From: Botryllus schlosseri
Taxonomy: Eukaryota
Assembly: GCA_051294905.1 (NCBI GenBank)
Contig: CM119371.1
Location: 34,660,001 to 34,724,000, forward strand
DNA length: 64,000 bases
Reading direction: 5' to 3'
The translations under genes were made by a program, and so were the position numbers. Shown here in pieces: positions 13,283 to 25,320 of this stretch. How positions within the stretch are numbered: the stretch's first letter is position 1; every line of letters begins with the position of its first letter. The notes under the pieces are model-generated. The model had not been told where the DNA came from and did not search any database. It saw nothing but the letters and a program-made list of their open reading frames with translations.

Positions 13283-15910
13283 AAGGGCTTACCATACGTT
13301 TGTCCTATTTTTTGACTTTTTTGAAAGTGTCCTCGGAGGACGCCCTTTTGTCCTCTTTTTTGAGATTTTGTCCTCTTTTTTGAAAATTTAGGCAGATTTA
13401 GAGCAAATTGCGAGTGATATGCCGCACAGCACCGTAACTGCCGCACCCCAAACCCCCCAATTGGGGGGGGGGCCGAGGTCAAAGGGGGCCCAAAATTATT
13501 TACTGAATTAGCATAAATTATAGAGTATTTTTTGAATATTTAGGCAACTTTCTCAAATTTTTTTCGCGCTTCGCGCGATTTTAAGCTACCAAATATCTTG
13601 ATTTTGGAGTACTCTTTCCCGAAGAAAAAATACGCAAGATTTATACAAATGGGCATATCGGCGTTGGCCATTACCTCTCCACGATCATCAAGACACATAA
13701 AGTTTTAGGCCACCTAACATGCGACTCCAAGAAGTGTGCCAGAACGATCGGCAGCGAGAAAACCTTCGCCGACAAGGACTGACCTTATGCTGACCGAAAA
13801 CTTCGTTATATATACAAAAAAGTGTATTTTACTATCTGAACGACAAATACAATCCCGAAAGGAAAGATTATATGCCAGTGAAGAAATACCAATTTGAAAT
13901 CGCGTGCGTCTTTTAGTTTGGTAGCCTACGCTCAAACTGGAGGTCACGAAATAACATCTTGTTACGGAGTAGTACCAACGGGCCCTACAGTTTCCAAGAC
14001 ACCTCACTCAGCTCTACCTGTAAATCTCATTACGTGAGCAGAGAGGACATGAAATTGATAACAATATATATGCAATTCCCGATATTATTCACCGATTTTA
14101 TCATAAATTATCGAAAATTGTCGCGCTTCGCCCTGGCTCACCAGACAGTAGGCCTACAATTAACTTCATGGCAAAAGCTAACAAGGTGATAGGGGGTAGG
14201 TTTATCACCCGATGTGAGCCCAACACCCAAGTTGGTTTTGGGAGCACCTGAGGAAGTGCTGTTTCGTTCCTGGCAACGGGTATCGCCCGAAGATATTTAA
14301 ATATTATTGAGGGGTCCTACCTGTTCAAACACATCTCCCTCAGCTCTATCAGTAAACCTGATTACGTGAGCAGAGAGGATAAAAATTGATAGCAATATAT
14401 ACGCAATTTCCGATCATATTGACGGACTCAATCATGAATTATAGAAAATCTTCGCGCTTCGCGCGGTTTAGGTGAGGAAAGTTGACACTCTAAACCAGTG
14501 GTTCCCAACCTTTTTCGACTCATCGCCCCCTTTTGAAGCTCCACACCGATCATCGCCCCAGAAATATTGGGAACCGAGAAACAGCACTTCGTGACGCCCC
14601 CCCCCCCGAAAACGTTGTTCCTTGGCCCCATATGGTGATAAACCAACCCCCAGTCACCCTCAGCCAGCGGGCTTTTTGTCGCTACATATCAGCTATACCC
14701 TATTTCCTGTACTGTTTGGTGAGTCACCGTATTCCACCTAAACGCGCGAAGCGCGACAAATTTATATAATTCATCTTTGAATCGGTCATTATGGTCGATG
14801 TGGTATGTTGGAAAAGGTAGAACCCCTAAATATTAATTAAACATCTTCGGGCGGAATCGTTGTTATATTGACTTCTTTACATGATGCTATTTCGTGACCT
14901 CCTATATATGCTATGTCAGACGATATGGAAATTTGTGAAAACGTACCAAACTAAAAGACCCCCAGGATTTCATATTGGTATTTCTTTACTGGCAAATAAT
15001 TTTTTTCCTTGCGGGATGGCATTTGTCCTGTAGGGTTAAGGTCGCCAGGACAGGAACATTCGACGCCAGCCATTGAGGCGCCTATGGACAATTAAACATA
15101 TATGTATATATATATCGAAGTTTTCGGTCAGCGCAAGGGCATTTCTTTTCGGCCAATTTCTTCTCGCTGCTGATCGTTCTGGCACACTTCTCGGAGTCGC
15201 ATGTTACATGGCCTATAACTTCATATGTCTTGGTGCGTCGTGGCGCAGTAATGGCCGACGCCGAGGTCTCTACTTTCCATAAATCATGCGTATTTTTGTT
15301 GGGTGACGGGGACCCCAACAACAAGATACATGAAAAGATTAGATTTTGGAAAAAGTTGCATGAATTTCTAAAAAATGACTCCATCATTCATGTTAATTCA
15401 CGAAATAATTTTCGGCTTCCTTCCTTCCTTCCTCCAATTGGGGGTTTAGGGTGCGGTAGTTACGGTCCCAACTCCAATATAGCCGTTTTAACGCGCCATC
15501 GCCCCCCTATCGCCCCCTTCGTTGTTTTCGCCCCCTATCGCCCCCTTCGTCCGTTTTCGCCCCCCTATCGCCCCCTTCGTTATTTTCGCCCCCTAGACCG
15601 CCAAATCGCCCACGTTGGGAACCACTGCTCTAAACGGAGGCCAATGTTAATGATAAGTATCGGCAAACAGCGAATAGCGAGAGGGGGGTCTGGGGGGCAT
15701 ATTAGCACAGAAGTGAAGCTCCGGCGGGTATTTCGGAGTGAAAAACGGTGATTTCAGCTCTGAGCAGAAGTGATGACCTTTTTTTTTTTAGTCAACCGAT
15801 CACAAAGTGGGAAAAATTAACCGCTTTTTGGGAATTTCACTCCGGTTTTGCATGTTGCAAATTTCTGAAAAAGTGTCCTCTTTTTTGATTTCCAAAATAT
15901 GGTAAGCCTA
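13283..15910. mobile_element. Non-autonomous element with AGGGCTTACCATA-type ends (hAT-Blackjack-like), interrupted by 14496-15627
   Basis: AAGGGCTTACCATA at 13283 and TATGGTAAGCCTA ending at 15910; interior homologous to 2397-3135; no clear TSD. Confidence 0.55.
14496..15627. mobile_element. hAT (Charlie-like) non-autonomous element, copy 2 (inverted relative to 2215-3376)
   Basis: TIRs CAGTGGTTCCCAAC / GTTGGGAACCACTG; perfect TSD CTCTAAAC (14488-14495, 15628-15635). Confidence 0.9.
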
Positions 15911-16307
15911 TCTTAAAAGCAACTTATCTTTTCTTGTAAGTGTGTCGCCAGAATTTTATAATTTTTTTTATTCAGGTAAAAACTGAATATGCTTTAGAAC
16001 CACTGGAATAAATACTAGTCAGCACTCAAGATTACCAGACCATGGGATATCGAGTTGAGTTCGCCCACCGACGAAAGTCTACCGGCCACCAGGTTATTTG
16101 ATGAGGCTTCCGAGGAATATGAAAATCAGATAGTTTAAAATAAATATTCACTGGAAACGTCTGTTTAAGTCACGATTTTTAAGTCACGACATTCGATCAC
16201 ATCGCAGGAGAGATAGAGAGAGATTGAAAGAGTCTTTATTTTCATCAAACCAAAATACATGAAAAACAGACGGCAACGATGGTGGTACAGAACAAATGCG
16301 TGCACAG

Positions 16308-17220
16308 TCAGGGCGTAACAGCACTTCGTCAGCGCCCCCCAAAAAAACGTTGGTCTTGGGCCCCCATAGGGTGATAAACCGAACTTCTGGGGAGCTTCCT
16401 CCCAGACCCACCTTCAGGCTATACGCTGTTTACCGCTACTCATCATCTACATTGGGTGTCAATTTAGCGAGTCAGCTTTTCTCGCCTAAACGCGCGATGC
16501 GCGAGCAAATTTTTCCAATTCAAGATTGAATCGGTCAATATCATCGGGAATTGCATATATATTGCTATATATTTTTATCCTCTCTCTGCTCTGATTCACC
16601 GGTAGAGCTGAGTGAGGTGTGTTTGGAAAGGAAGGACCCCTCAATAATAATTAGACATCTTTGGGTGTATAGGTATACCCGTTGGCCGGAACGAAACACC
16701 ACTTCGTCAGGCCCCCCACAAACCTTGAGTCTTGGGTTCCCATAGGATGATAAACCTACCCCCCCCCCCCATCACGTTGTTCGTTTTTGTCATGAAATTG
16801 TAGCTGCCCTGTTTAGCGAAGCGCGAAAATTTTCGATAATTCATGATAAAATCGGTCAATAAGATCGGGAATTGCATATTTATTGTTTTCAATTTCTTGT
16901 CCTCTCTGCTCACGTAATGAGATTTACCGGTAGAGCTGAGTGAGGTGTCTTGGAAACTGCAGGGCACGTAAATAATAAGTAAACATCTTCGGGTGGGTGG
17001 ACCCCTCTGCCCGGCCCCTTGGTATGACTTCGTTACATGATGGTGTTTCATGACCTCTTGTCTGGTATATCAAAAAATATAGAATCGCCCAAACATACTA
17101 AACTAAAAGATCACACGATTTCAAATTGGTATTTCGTCACTGACATATAATATTTCCCTGCGTGAGGGTATTTGTCTTGTGAAGTTCAGAATGCCAAGAT
17201 AGGAACATTCGGCGCTTTCA
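16308..17220. repeat. Truncated copy of the internal modules of the 13283/14496 elements
   Basis: Reverse-complement similarity to ~13850-14470 (e.g. GGTAGAGCTGAGTGAGGTGTCTTGGAAACTG); boundaries approximate. Confidence 0.65.
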
Positions 17221-17551
17221 TTGCAATATTTCGTCTCACGATTTGTTTTCCACAAATTTAGATGGGTAGTCAGTGCATTTGGAAGCAATCGAACAAGTAA
17301 TCTCATTCAAGAACAGCTCGTTGATATATACGAAACACCTCGTTTTTTAAACGCTCTTTCCACAAAAATGGTTGTCTCATTTCAAATCCCGACCGATATC
17401 ATGATAGGCAGAAAAGCGATCCGAGTGGCATTGTCATTTGTATCTACATGACTATGTGAACATATATAGCTTCTTTGTTTTGAATAACATTAAAAGCTGT
17501 GCTCAAGAGAGACTGCTTGAACTTGACGACGAAATACGGGTATGACATCAA

Positions 17552-18179
17552 TAAAGGGCGATTTTTTTAACATGTCAAAATTTGTCAAAATGTTGTCAGA
17601 ATTGTAGCGTTAGGTAAAAATTTGTCAAACTGTTTAGCATTCCACAAATTTTTTAAACCTCTGCATTTCGTTTGTATCGTAGATTTTACACTGTCGGTGT
17701 AATTATCATTTGATATTTATTTACAGCTGGTAGCCCAGGCCTACTTTATATGCCTACCGTTGTAAACGGCCAATTGTCTGCTCATTGTGAATCAAAAACG
17801 GTCAAATGAAGTGTTGTCAGCCAACAACTGCTGCTGTTGAACGTTCTTTCTCCATTCTTGGCAAATTTCTCAGTAAGGAGATACATTTTCTACTTAATAA
17901 TGTAGGAAAGTATCGTTCGTTGTACTACAACAAATTTTAATTATTTCTACAATAATACGTATTGTAACTACTGGATTTCTTCATATGGCCAGATTTAGTT
18001 AAAATACTAGTTTTTTCATGTGAAAATTTGTCAGTTTTCAAGCTCAAAACAGTTTTTCAGGCCAAATTACTTCGTTAGGACAGCCAGTTCCAACCAAAAA
18101 TGAAGATAAGTATAGTACAATTTTACCAGGTTTTTCAGGTCAAAATTTGCTATTTTGTTGGTAAAACAAAATCGCCCTA
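17552..18179 (+). mobile_element. TAGGGCGATTTT-ended hAT-like deletion derivative retaining the transposase C-terminus
   Basis: Ends TAAAGGGCGATTTT / AAAATCGCCCTA; TSD GACATCAA / GTCATCAA; encodes CQPTTAAVERSFSILGKFLSKE..F...NVGKY..LYYNKF* (ERxFS dimerisation-type motif); second copy at 44850-45720. Confidence 0.8.
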
Positions 18180-18474
18180 GTCATCAACAATCCAATGTAA
18201 CTTCGGTTCAGTCGCATACAAGTTCGTATAAACGAGCATAGCTTCTTTGTTTTGAATGACATTAAAAGCTGTGCTCGAGAGAGACGGCTTCAAATTGGCG
18301 ACGAAATACGGGTAGGTCGTTAACAATCCAATGTACCTTCGTTTCAGTCTCATATATGTTCGTGTAAATGAGCAATGAGCATAGCCATCGCATTACCACG
18401 TAAACTTTTTCTCAAAAAGCATATTTTTTGTAAGTGTGCCGCTACCGTTTTATAATTTTTCTAGTGTGCCACAC

Positions 18475-19772
18475 AGAGGTGGTCAGTAACGAAGTACTTC
18501 TACTTATTCGAAGTATTCAAGTAGTTTTCCTCTACTTCTGGTACTTACTCAAGTAGATCTGATTTTCGCTACTTCTACTTCGTAATATTTTGTGATCTAC
18601 TTACTTTTCGCTATTTTCAGTTTGTCAAGTAGAAGTAGTTTAATCTTCCAATTAGGAAGATATCCTGATGAATTTCGGGGCTGTTTTCACGGAGTATCAA
18701 CATTTAATTTTCATAAAAGTTGATTAAAGCCCAGAATTTTCGTCGCGCTTGGTGCGTAGTGGTTACGGAGTGACCTGTATGGTTTCACGAAAGTATCGGT
18801 GAACATAATTTAGGTGGCGGGTTGGCGTATTTCCGCTCACACCGCATTGTAGCCCATATGAAATATTTCATCACAGCTCATCATAACGTTTGAATCTGAT
18901 GTTTCGCAATCTAGCATTTACTTATGGTATCGTAAACTAGCAGTCCATGGCGTGTCCTAATCTGGAAAAGTGGACTCCGACTTTTTTAAGTTTCAGAGCT
19001 GTTTTAGCACACCAACCTTCGAAACTTTCTAGAGTTAAGACATGAAATACATGTTCCGCTTTTAGAAGTAGTAATTAGATTTCACTTTCAATTCCCGGTA
19101 TAAAATTAATTCTAATTATTATTAATATCAGTTCTTTTGTATGGATAACATACATGTGGAAGCATAAAAGCAAGTGAAGTAATGCCTTTAATTTCCGGAT
19201 AAAGCTAAACATGGCATTTTTACGATACACAATATTTTTTATTAACGTGTGCTAATCGCGCGAAGTGTTTACACCGTATCCTATACACCGTATCCGTATT
19301 GCTCGTCGACTAAACTACGGGCCTTATAACATGGGGGAGGGCACCATACCATAATATTTTCTAAAACGTGCTGTTGAAGTGAACAGAGGATTAGCATCGC
19401 ATTTCCATTTCAATACAATCATTTTCATTCCATGATGCGGACGAATGCTTATGCTGTCGAAAATTGGATGCATCAATATGAATCAAGCTCGGCACCTTTC
19501 GCATAGCTCAATTTGCACCTTTTGACAGTCCATGTATACGAATTACGATAGTTTTCACATATACTTACTTACTTGAGTAGATTTAAAGTCAGTCAATTCT
19601 ACTTCTACTTCAAGTAGTTTTAGGTTGCTTATGGAAGAAGTACTTCTACTCGTACTAGAGTAGATTTTTTCGTCGCTAGGGGGGGGGGGGGGGGGGGGGC
19701 GGAAATTTGTGTCGAGATTGATGAGGGGCGATGAGTCTATAAAGAATGGTAACCACGGACTTTTGACCACTG
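18475..19772. mobile_element. MITE with AAGTA/TACTT subterminal repeats (hAT-Ac-like), carrying a 21-nt poly-G and a MITE fragment near its right end
   Basis: CAGAGGTGGTCAGTAACGAAGTACTTCTACTT ... TTTTGACCACTG; dense AAGTAG/CTACTT motifs at both ends. Confidence 0.55.
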
Positions 19773-20289
19773 TTTATATATAGTTCGATTCTACTGACTA
19801 AGACCAACTTTACGTAAATGTCTCGTCGGATTATTCATTTAGCTAATAACGCTAAAAAGTCTCACAGGGGTGGTCTGAAATTTAGCGCTACCACGAGTAT
19901 AACACAACGATGATGTTGCCGAATACCTCACCCTAGTCACCCATAAAATTTCATACTTTCACTCTCCTAATTTTGAGACTACGAGTTGTGGATTATAGAA
20001 CTCATGGTTAACTTTCGCAAAATAGTGATACGTTCGATATGATCATCACGTGTTACGTCTAGTTGATACTTAGTATATTTGGATTATGGTGAGCTTTAGC
20101 AATCTTAGCATGATGATATGTGCGACTGTGGTAAATAGTTTTGGAGTGTATTCTTTTTCTGAATTCCGGAAATCCATTTTTCTTGAATAATGCACTTGAA
20201 CTAGGATGATATTTTGTTCAAGTATTTTTCTTAAAGCATTGGGACGACCCGAGTCACCTTCTACATAGTGATACTTCATTGATTGTTGT

Positions 20290-20860
20290 ATCAATCAATC
20301 AATCAATCAATCAGGTTTATTAATATTTTCATCGTTTCAAAACATCACAAGACTGCGATACAATGAAAAGATAGGAAGGTGTGGAAACAACTTGGAGTAG
20401 CCTTTAAGATCAGACACCCACCTTAGCCCAGGCGAAGTAAATAAGAGGCATGCACATGCACACTGAATGAAAAGTAATGCAGAGAATATAAGACGCAAGC
20501 GACAAAATGAGGTGGCATGTGGCGGAGGGCGAGGTCGATGTTAGGTCGTGGTCCGGTGATCCTGAAGACTGGCTAGTATTGATTTAGAAGAAATTGCTTG
20601 TATTTCGACTTGAATGCGGACATGTTCGACGACGGTCGGATAGTCGGCGAGATGCTGTTCCACAATTGGGGTCCGGCATACTTCATAGAGTAATGCGTTT
20701 TCTTGTATTCAGTACTGATCATAAAGTAGTTGTTCTTCGTTGACGCGTGTGTGCTGTAGCCTACTTGTGCGCTTTTGTCTTCGAGGGGAAGTAGTCGTTG
20801 AAATTTGAGGGACATGGGACATTGACCGCAATGGAACTGATACATAAACTTGGCAATACC
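20290..20860 (-). mobile_element. 5'-truncated LINE (CR1/L2-group): ORF2 C-terminus, 3' UTR and (TGAT)n tail
   Basis: YSMKYAGPQLWNSISPTIRPSSNMSAFKSKYKQFLLNQY* is typical of the post-RT C-terminus; AATAAA followed by a (TGAT)n tail; 3' UTR repeated at 50400-50667; extra fragment at ~21550-21615. Confidence 0.85.
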
Positions 20861-20933
20861 TATAGTTTCCTCATATCTTCTAACTTTAGAACACCATATC
20901 TTTTGAGAAGCGATTTATCAGTTGCACATCCAT

Positions 20934-21442
20934 ATTAGGGTTGGGGGAATATTAGGGTTAGGATATCCCGACCCAAGATTAGGGTTGGATGAGGGGGGAT
21001 ATTAGCATTGGAGGTGGGGGCATATTAGGGTTGTGGTTAGGGTATCCCAATAGGGTTGGGGGTGAGGGACACGATATCCAACCCTAATATCCCCCTCCCT
21101 AATCTTGGGATACCCTAACTCACCTCTAAACCTAATATCCCTCGTCCCCAACCCTAATAATCCCCTCCTCCAACCCTAATCTTGAGATAATCTAACCATA
21201 ATCTTGGGATATCCTAACCCTATTATTCCCCCTCCCGTCTTCAACCCCAATATTCTCCCTCCTCCCGTCCCCAACCCCAATATTCCCCCTCCTCCAACCC
21301 TAATCTTGGGATACCCGAATCCCGACTTTGACCCTAACCCTCTCCCAACCCCAATATCCCCCCTCCTCTAACCCTAATCTTGGGATACCCGAATCCCAAC
21401 TTTGACCCTAACCCTCTCCCAACCCAAATATCCGTCTCTCCA
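20934..21442. repeat. Telomere-like (TTAGGG/CCCTAA-derived) degenerate minisatellite with internal strand switch
   Basis: ATTAGGGTT units G-rich on the top strand to ~21065, then AACCCTAAT units; includes a ~74-bp tandem duplication at 21286-21433. Confidence 0.8.
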
Positions 21443-22573
21443 AAGGCAAAAAAAAAACATTTTTATTTTGACGTGTTCATGATAAACATATATTGGTGAT
21501 CATGGGGAACATTTTTAGATGTCTCCCTACTATCGAAGAAGCGCCGAAATTGCTTGTATTTTGACTTGAATGCGGACATGCTCGACGACTGTCAGATAGC
21601 CGGCGGGATGCTTGACCGCATATGAAATGAACATCGGCCAGAGTCAGAGTGGAATTGTTGGGACCGTCCCACGTAACTTTCCATGTAATATTTATAATTA
21701 CTTGATTATTCCAGGACAGATACCCGTCTGTCATGTGCTATTGTCGAAAAAAACCATTCGTTTAGTCTGGAACTGGAACAAGGATTACAGATTGCGTTGT
21801 CGTAAACTGGTAGTAAAGTAAACTGATAGCAATGTATCTGTGTTCCATAGCCGGCTCACAGCACTTGCCTTAACCATGCAACGACTACTGCAATTTTCCA
21901 TGTATAATGCGCAAAATTTTACCGATTTTTTGCCCCAAAATAGGGGGGTGCGTATTATACATATGTAGGCCTACAACAATAAGCCTTGAAAAAAACTAGC
22001 TCAATAAAAACTTGAAATCGCACTTTTCTTCATGTTTGTTTCCAATCGCGCATCACTTTCAGCCATCGTACCCAGTAATTCATATTTTCAGTTTAACGCG
22101 CTGCCAATTAGCGAGAAGCGCGTTGTAAATTAACGAGAGCCGTCTGGCCGTAGGTTGTTATAGCCGGCAGAGAAAAGCCCTCGTTTCCCCTCCAATTTTC
22201 GACTTGTACATTGTGACTCTATAACTTGCCACTACATCTCATCAGAGTCAGATGAAAAGCTTTATGAAGTCTACGCATAAATCGATAATATGACTATGTT
22301 TTTGAATATATGAACATAACAAATATAACTGAACTTTCACTATAACTCTACAATTTCCAAATAGCTTTGTTGCTCACCTCAAATTACCTTTTGTGGCCCA
22401 CCCATTGAGAACCCCTGCCTTATAGACACTGCCATTGCGGAGACCAAAATCGTTAATCGTGAATTACCATTTACCACTTTCTCTCGTCTTTGTGTTTTAG
22501 AATACCAATTTAGCAATGCCTAACTGACAGTTCTCATCTCACTGAATTATTCTGATCGCGGTCTCTTGAAGCG

Positions 22574-23686
22574 ATGGGTAACTCATCCAGTCATGAACCA
22601 AAGGGTGTAGTCCCCATGAAATCGCGTTTTCGCGGCGCTGTGATGGGCTCGCTTTATGGCGATTGCTTGGGAGAACGCTACGAGAACATGTGGACTGAAA
22701 TCGATGTCAAAAGAGTGATCATGTACTACAACGACACTGCCAAGAAGGTTCGAGAAAAAGAGGCAAAGGAAAAAGGATTTGTTCCTCACACTGATGACTC
22801 CTGCATGATGTTCGACTTGGGAGAATCATTGATACGTAACAAGAGTTACGAGCCTCGAGACGTTATGAAGTCATTTGCGGAAACACACGCGGCCTCAAAA
22901 CCTCAACGTAATTACGGGAAAAATGCCGCTATTTTGCTGCGTGACGTCCGCGAACGCAACTACGAAGGGAACATTTACTACCCTGCAAAACGACAGTTTA
23001 GCGGGACTGGGTCTTACGGTAATGGCTCTGCTATGCGAGTAGCTCCTGTCCCGTTATTCTATCATGGTGATCCAGTGAAAATATCAAACCTGGCCAGTGA
23101 GCAATCACGATTAACCCACACTAATCCCAAAGGCGTTAATGGTGCTATACTCCAAGCACTCGCGATAGAGAAAGCATTGAATACTGATAATATCGACGAT
23201 CCCGCTCAGTTCGTAGAAGATTTGTACATGCAGCTAAACGAATTGACGTCTGATAAGGCAGGCTTGGAGATATATCGTGAAAAATGTGACGCGGTAGTGA
23301 AGCTGCTCAGCTCCAAGTCTTTAGTGAAAGCGCCACAGTATAACAAAGAAATTGGCTCGGACGTTACGGCCCACAGATCTATTCCGGCCGCCATATTCTG
23401 TTTCCTGTACACTCTGAATCCGAAACGAATTCCTGCACTGTCGAAATACAATGGATTTCTGCGAGCCACGATCCTTGCCGCTGCTTACAGTCACGATTCG
23501 GACACGGTTGGGTGCATGGCGGGCGCTATAGCTGGCGCTTATTACGGTGTCGAGGCCTTGTCGGAGGAGTGGAAATTTGCGTGCGAAAAATCGGACGAAG
23601 CCATAAAACTTGCCGATGGTCTTTACGAATTGAACACGACTGGTACTGGTGATCGAAATGAGGACCCTGTTGCGGAAAATGAGTAG
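22574..23686 (+). CDS. ADPRS: ADP-ribosylhydrolase ARH3-like (ADP-ribosylglycohydrolase family), single coding exon, 370 aa
   Basis: Uninterrupted ORF with ARH3 motifs SRFRG..MGSLYGDCLG..YE, HTDDS, GSYGNGSAMRVA, LTH...GVNGAILQALA, DSDTVGCMAGAIAGAYYG; may be a paralog rather than the 1:1 ortholog. Confidence 0.9.
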   Translation: MGNSSSHEPKGVVPMKSRFRGAVMGSLYGDCLGERYENMWTEIDVKRVIMYYNDTAKKVREKEAKEKGFVPHTDDSCMMFDLGESLIRNKSYEPRDVMKSFAETHAASKPQRNYGKNAAILLRDVRERNYEGNIYYPAKRQFSGTGSYGNGSAMRVAPVPLFYHGDPVKISNLASEQSRLTHTNPKGVNGAILQALAIEKALNTDNIDDPAQFVEDLYMQLNELTSDKAGLEIYREKCDAVVKLLSSKSLVKAPQYNKEIGSDVTAHRSIPAAIFCFLYTLNPKRIPALSKYNGFLRATILAAAYSHDSDTVGCMAGAIAGAYYGVEALSEEWKFACEKSDEAIKLADGLYELNTTGTGDRNEDPVAENE

Positions 23687-23826
23687 TTAACGTGGTCATT
23701 CTCAAACTCTTTCGGTTTGCGGTACACTAGAATAATTATTAAATGCCCGCGACACAGTTACATTCGAAGGGATGTGAAAATGTTTTAACATGGTAATGCG
23801 ATGAATATGCTTGTTTATGCGAACAC

Positions 23827-24423
23827 TAGGGTTGTTCCAAAATAGCTTTTTTCCCGGATTCCAGGGACTCACTTATTTATTGTTAGGTTGCCCAAGAAAA
23901 CGTTGCACGCCAATTTGCCTGGATTTCAACTGGTAGATGTGAACGCACAGGAGTTTGAAAAGTTTGAATTTGTTGTGGACAAGATTATGAAATATTTTTC
24001 AAATTTGACTGTCAACCACATGAAATTGTGGGGCTGTCTGCAAAAATGATGCGAGACAAATTTGATGCAATTCCAACCCGTAGAAGCGATGTCATTGAAG
24101 TTTTTCATTAATCACTCTTGGATTATCAACCGTCCAGGCTATTCTTGCTAATCCAAAATTTTCAACTGCAATAACTTCTTCTATCGGTTGGAAGTGACAT
24201 AAAATGTTCAAGCATTGTTCTTCCAGACAACTTGACAATTTCGTGGATTTGACTGTGAAATTGAAGTTTTTTCACTACATTCAAGTTTTTCAATCTCCTG
24301 TGCGTTCACATCTACCAGTTAGGAACGAGCCAAATTTGGTGTGCAGCGTTTTTTTAGGCAACCTGACAGTTTATTCAGTGAATCCCCATAATTCGTGAAA
24401 ATAGTTATTTTTGAACAACCCTA
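23827..24423. mobile_element. MITE with long TAGGGTTGTTC TIRs (hATm-like)
   Basis: TAGGGTTGTTCCAAAATAGC ... GTTATTTTTGAACAACCCTA with ~100-bp inverted ends; relatives at ~93-300, 30613-30925 and 31346-32940. Confidence 0.8.
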
Positions 24424-25320
24424 ATGAACATGAATGACTGAACAAAGTTGCATTTCTTCCATTCTAAGCTTTTGTTTACAGTTTTTAGGGCGGAAATCCT
24501 AAAGTTAGCTTATCCGGGAAATTGCTAATCGTCTGATTAAAACTGGTAATCCTCGCTCATAGACGTTTAGTAAGAGTATTATCCCGAGTCATTTGGTGAC
24601 ACTTTTAATCCAGCGAAGTAGGTTGCTGTGATTTGCAATTATTAATCAGATGATTTCTCTTGGATAAGCTAGCATTATGATCTCTGCCGTTCATTTAGTT
24701 CAGAAAAGTCATGTGCACAAGAGCCATGCAGAAGCGAATGGCAATATTATCTTGATTGATTTTGAACCCATCTTTGAATGGGATGTGTTTATCAGCTATT
24801 ACAGCAGTTTGAAGCAGGGCACTTTGAAATCATGTGTGCTTGTCTGCATGCCTTATTTTTATATTTAAGTCAGTTTCAAAGTTGTACAAATTACCCATTT
24901 AGTTAGTTAAACATCAACTTACTAACGGTGTTTTGAGTTGTTCTAGTTCTAGTTGCAAATTTCAAAATGGGAGTAGTTCTAGCTATAGTGGCGGATTTTG
25001 AAAACTGATTAGGCCTAGTTCCAGCTCTAGTTGCTAGTTTAAAAAAATGATTAGTCCTAGTTCTAGTTGCATATTTTGTAAATTGAGTACGTCCAGTTCT
25101 AGTTCTAGTTGCGAGTTTTAAAAAATGAGTAGCCTAGTTGTAGTTTTAGTTCTTGTCGCAGATTTTGAAAAGTGAGTGGTTCTAGTTCTAGTTGCGCATT
25201 TCGGTCAGCTCACTACTGGATCTTTGGAGGCACACTAGCATGCCATGACACACTGTTTACAAATCACTTAGACAAAGGTAGAACTTTTGTTGTACGAATA
25301 ATAATGACATGAACTCGATT

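Noticed and set aside
20934..21442. True telomere or chromosome end
   Set aside because: Degenerate, internal and flanked by ordinary sequence on both sides
22574..23686. Bacterial DraG-like horizontal transfer
   Set aside because: Motifs follow metazoan ARH3 closely; lack of introns alone is not evidence; a phylogeny would be needed
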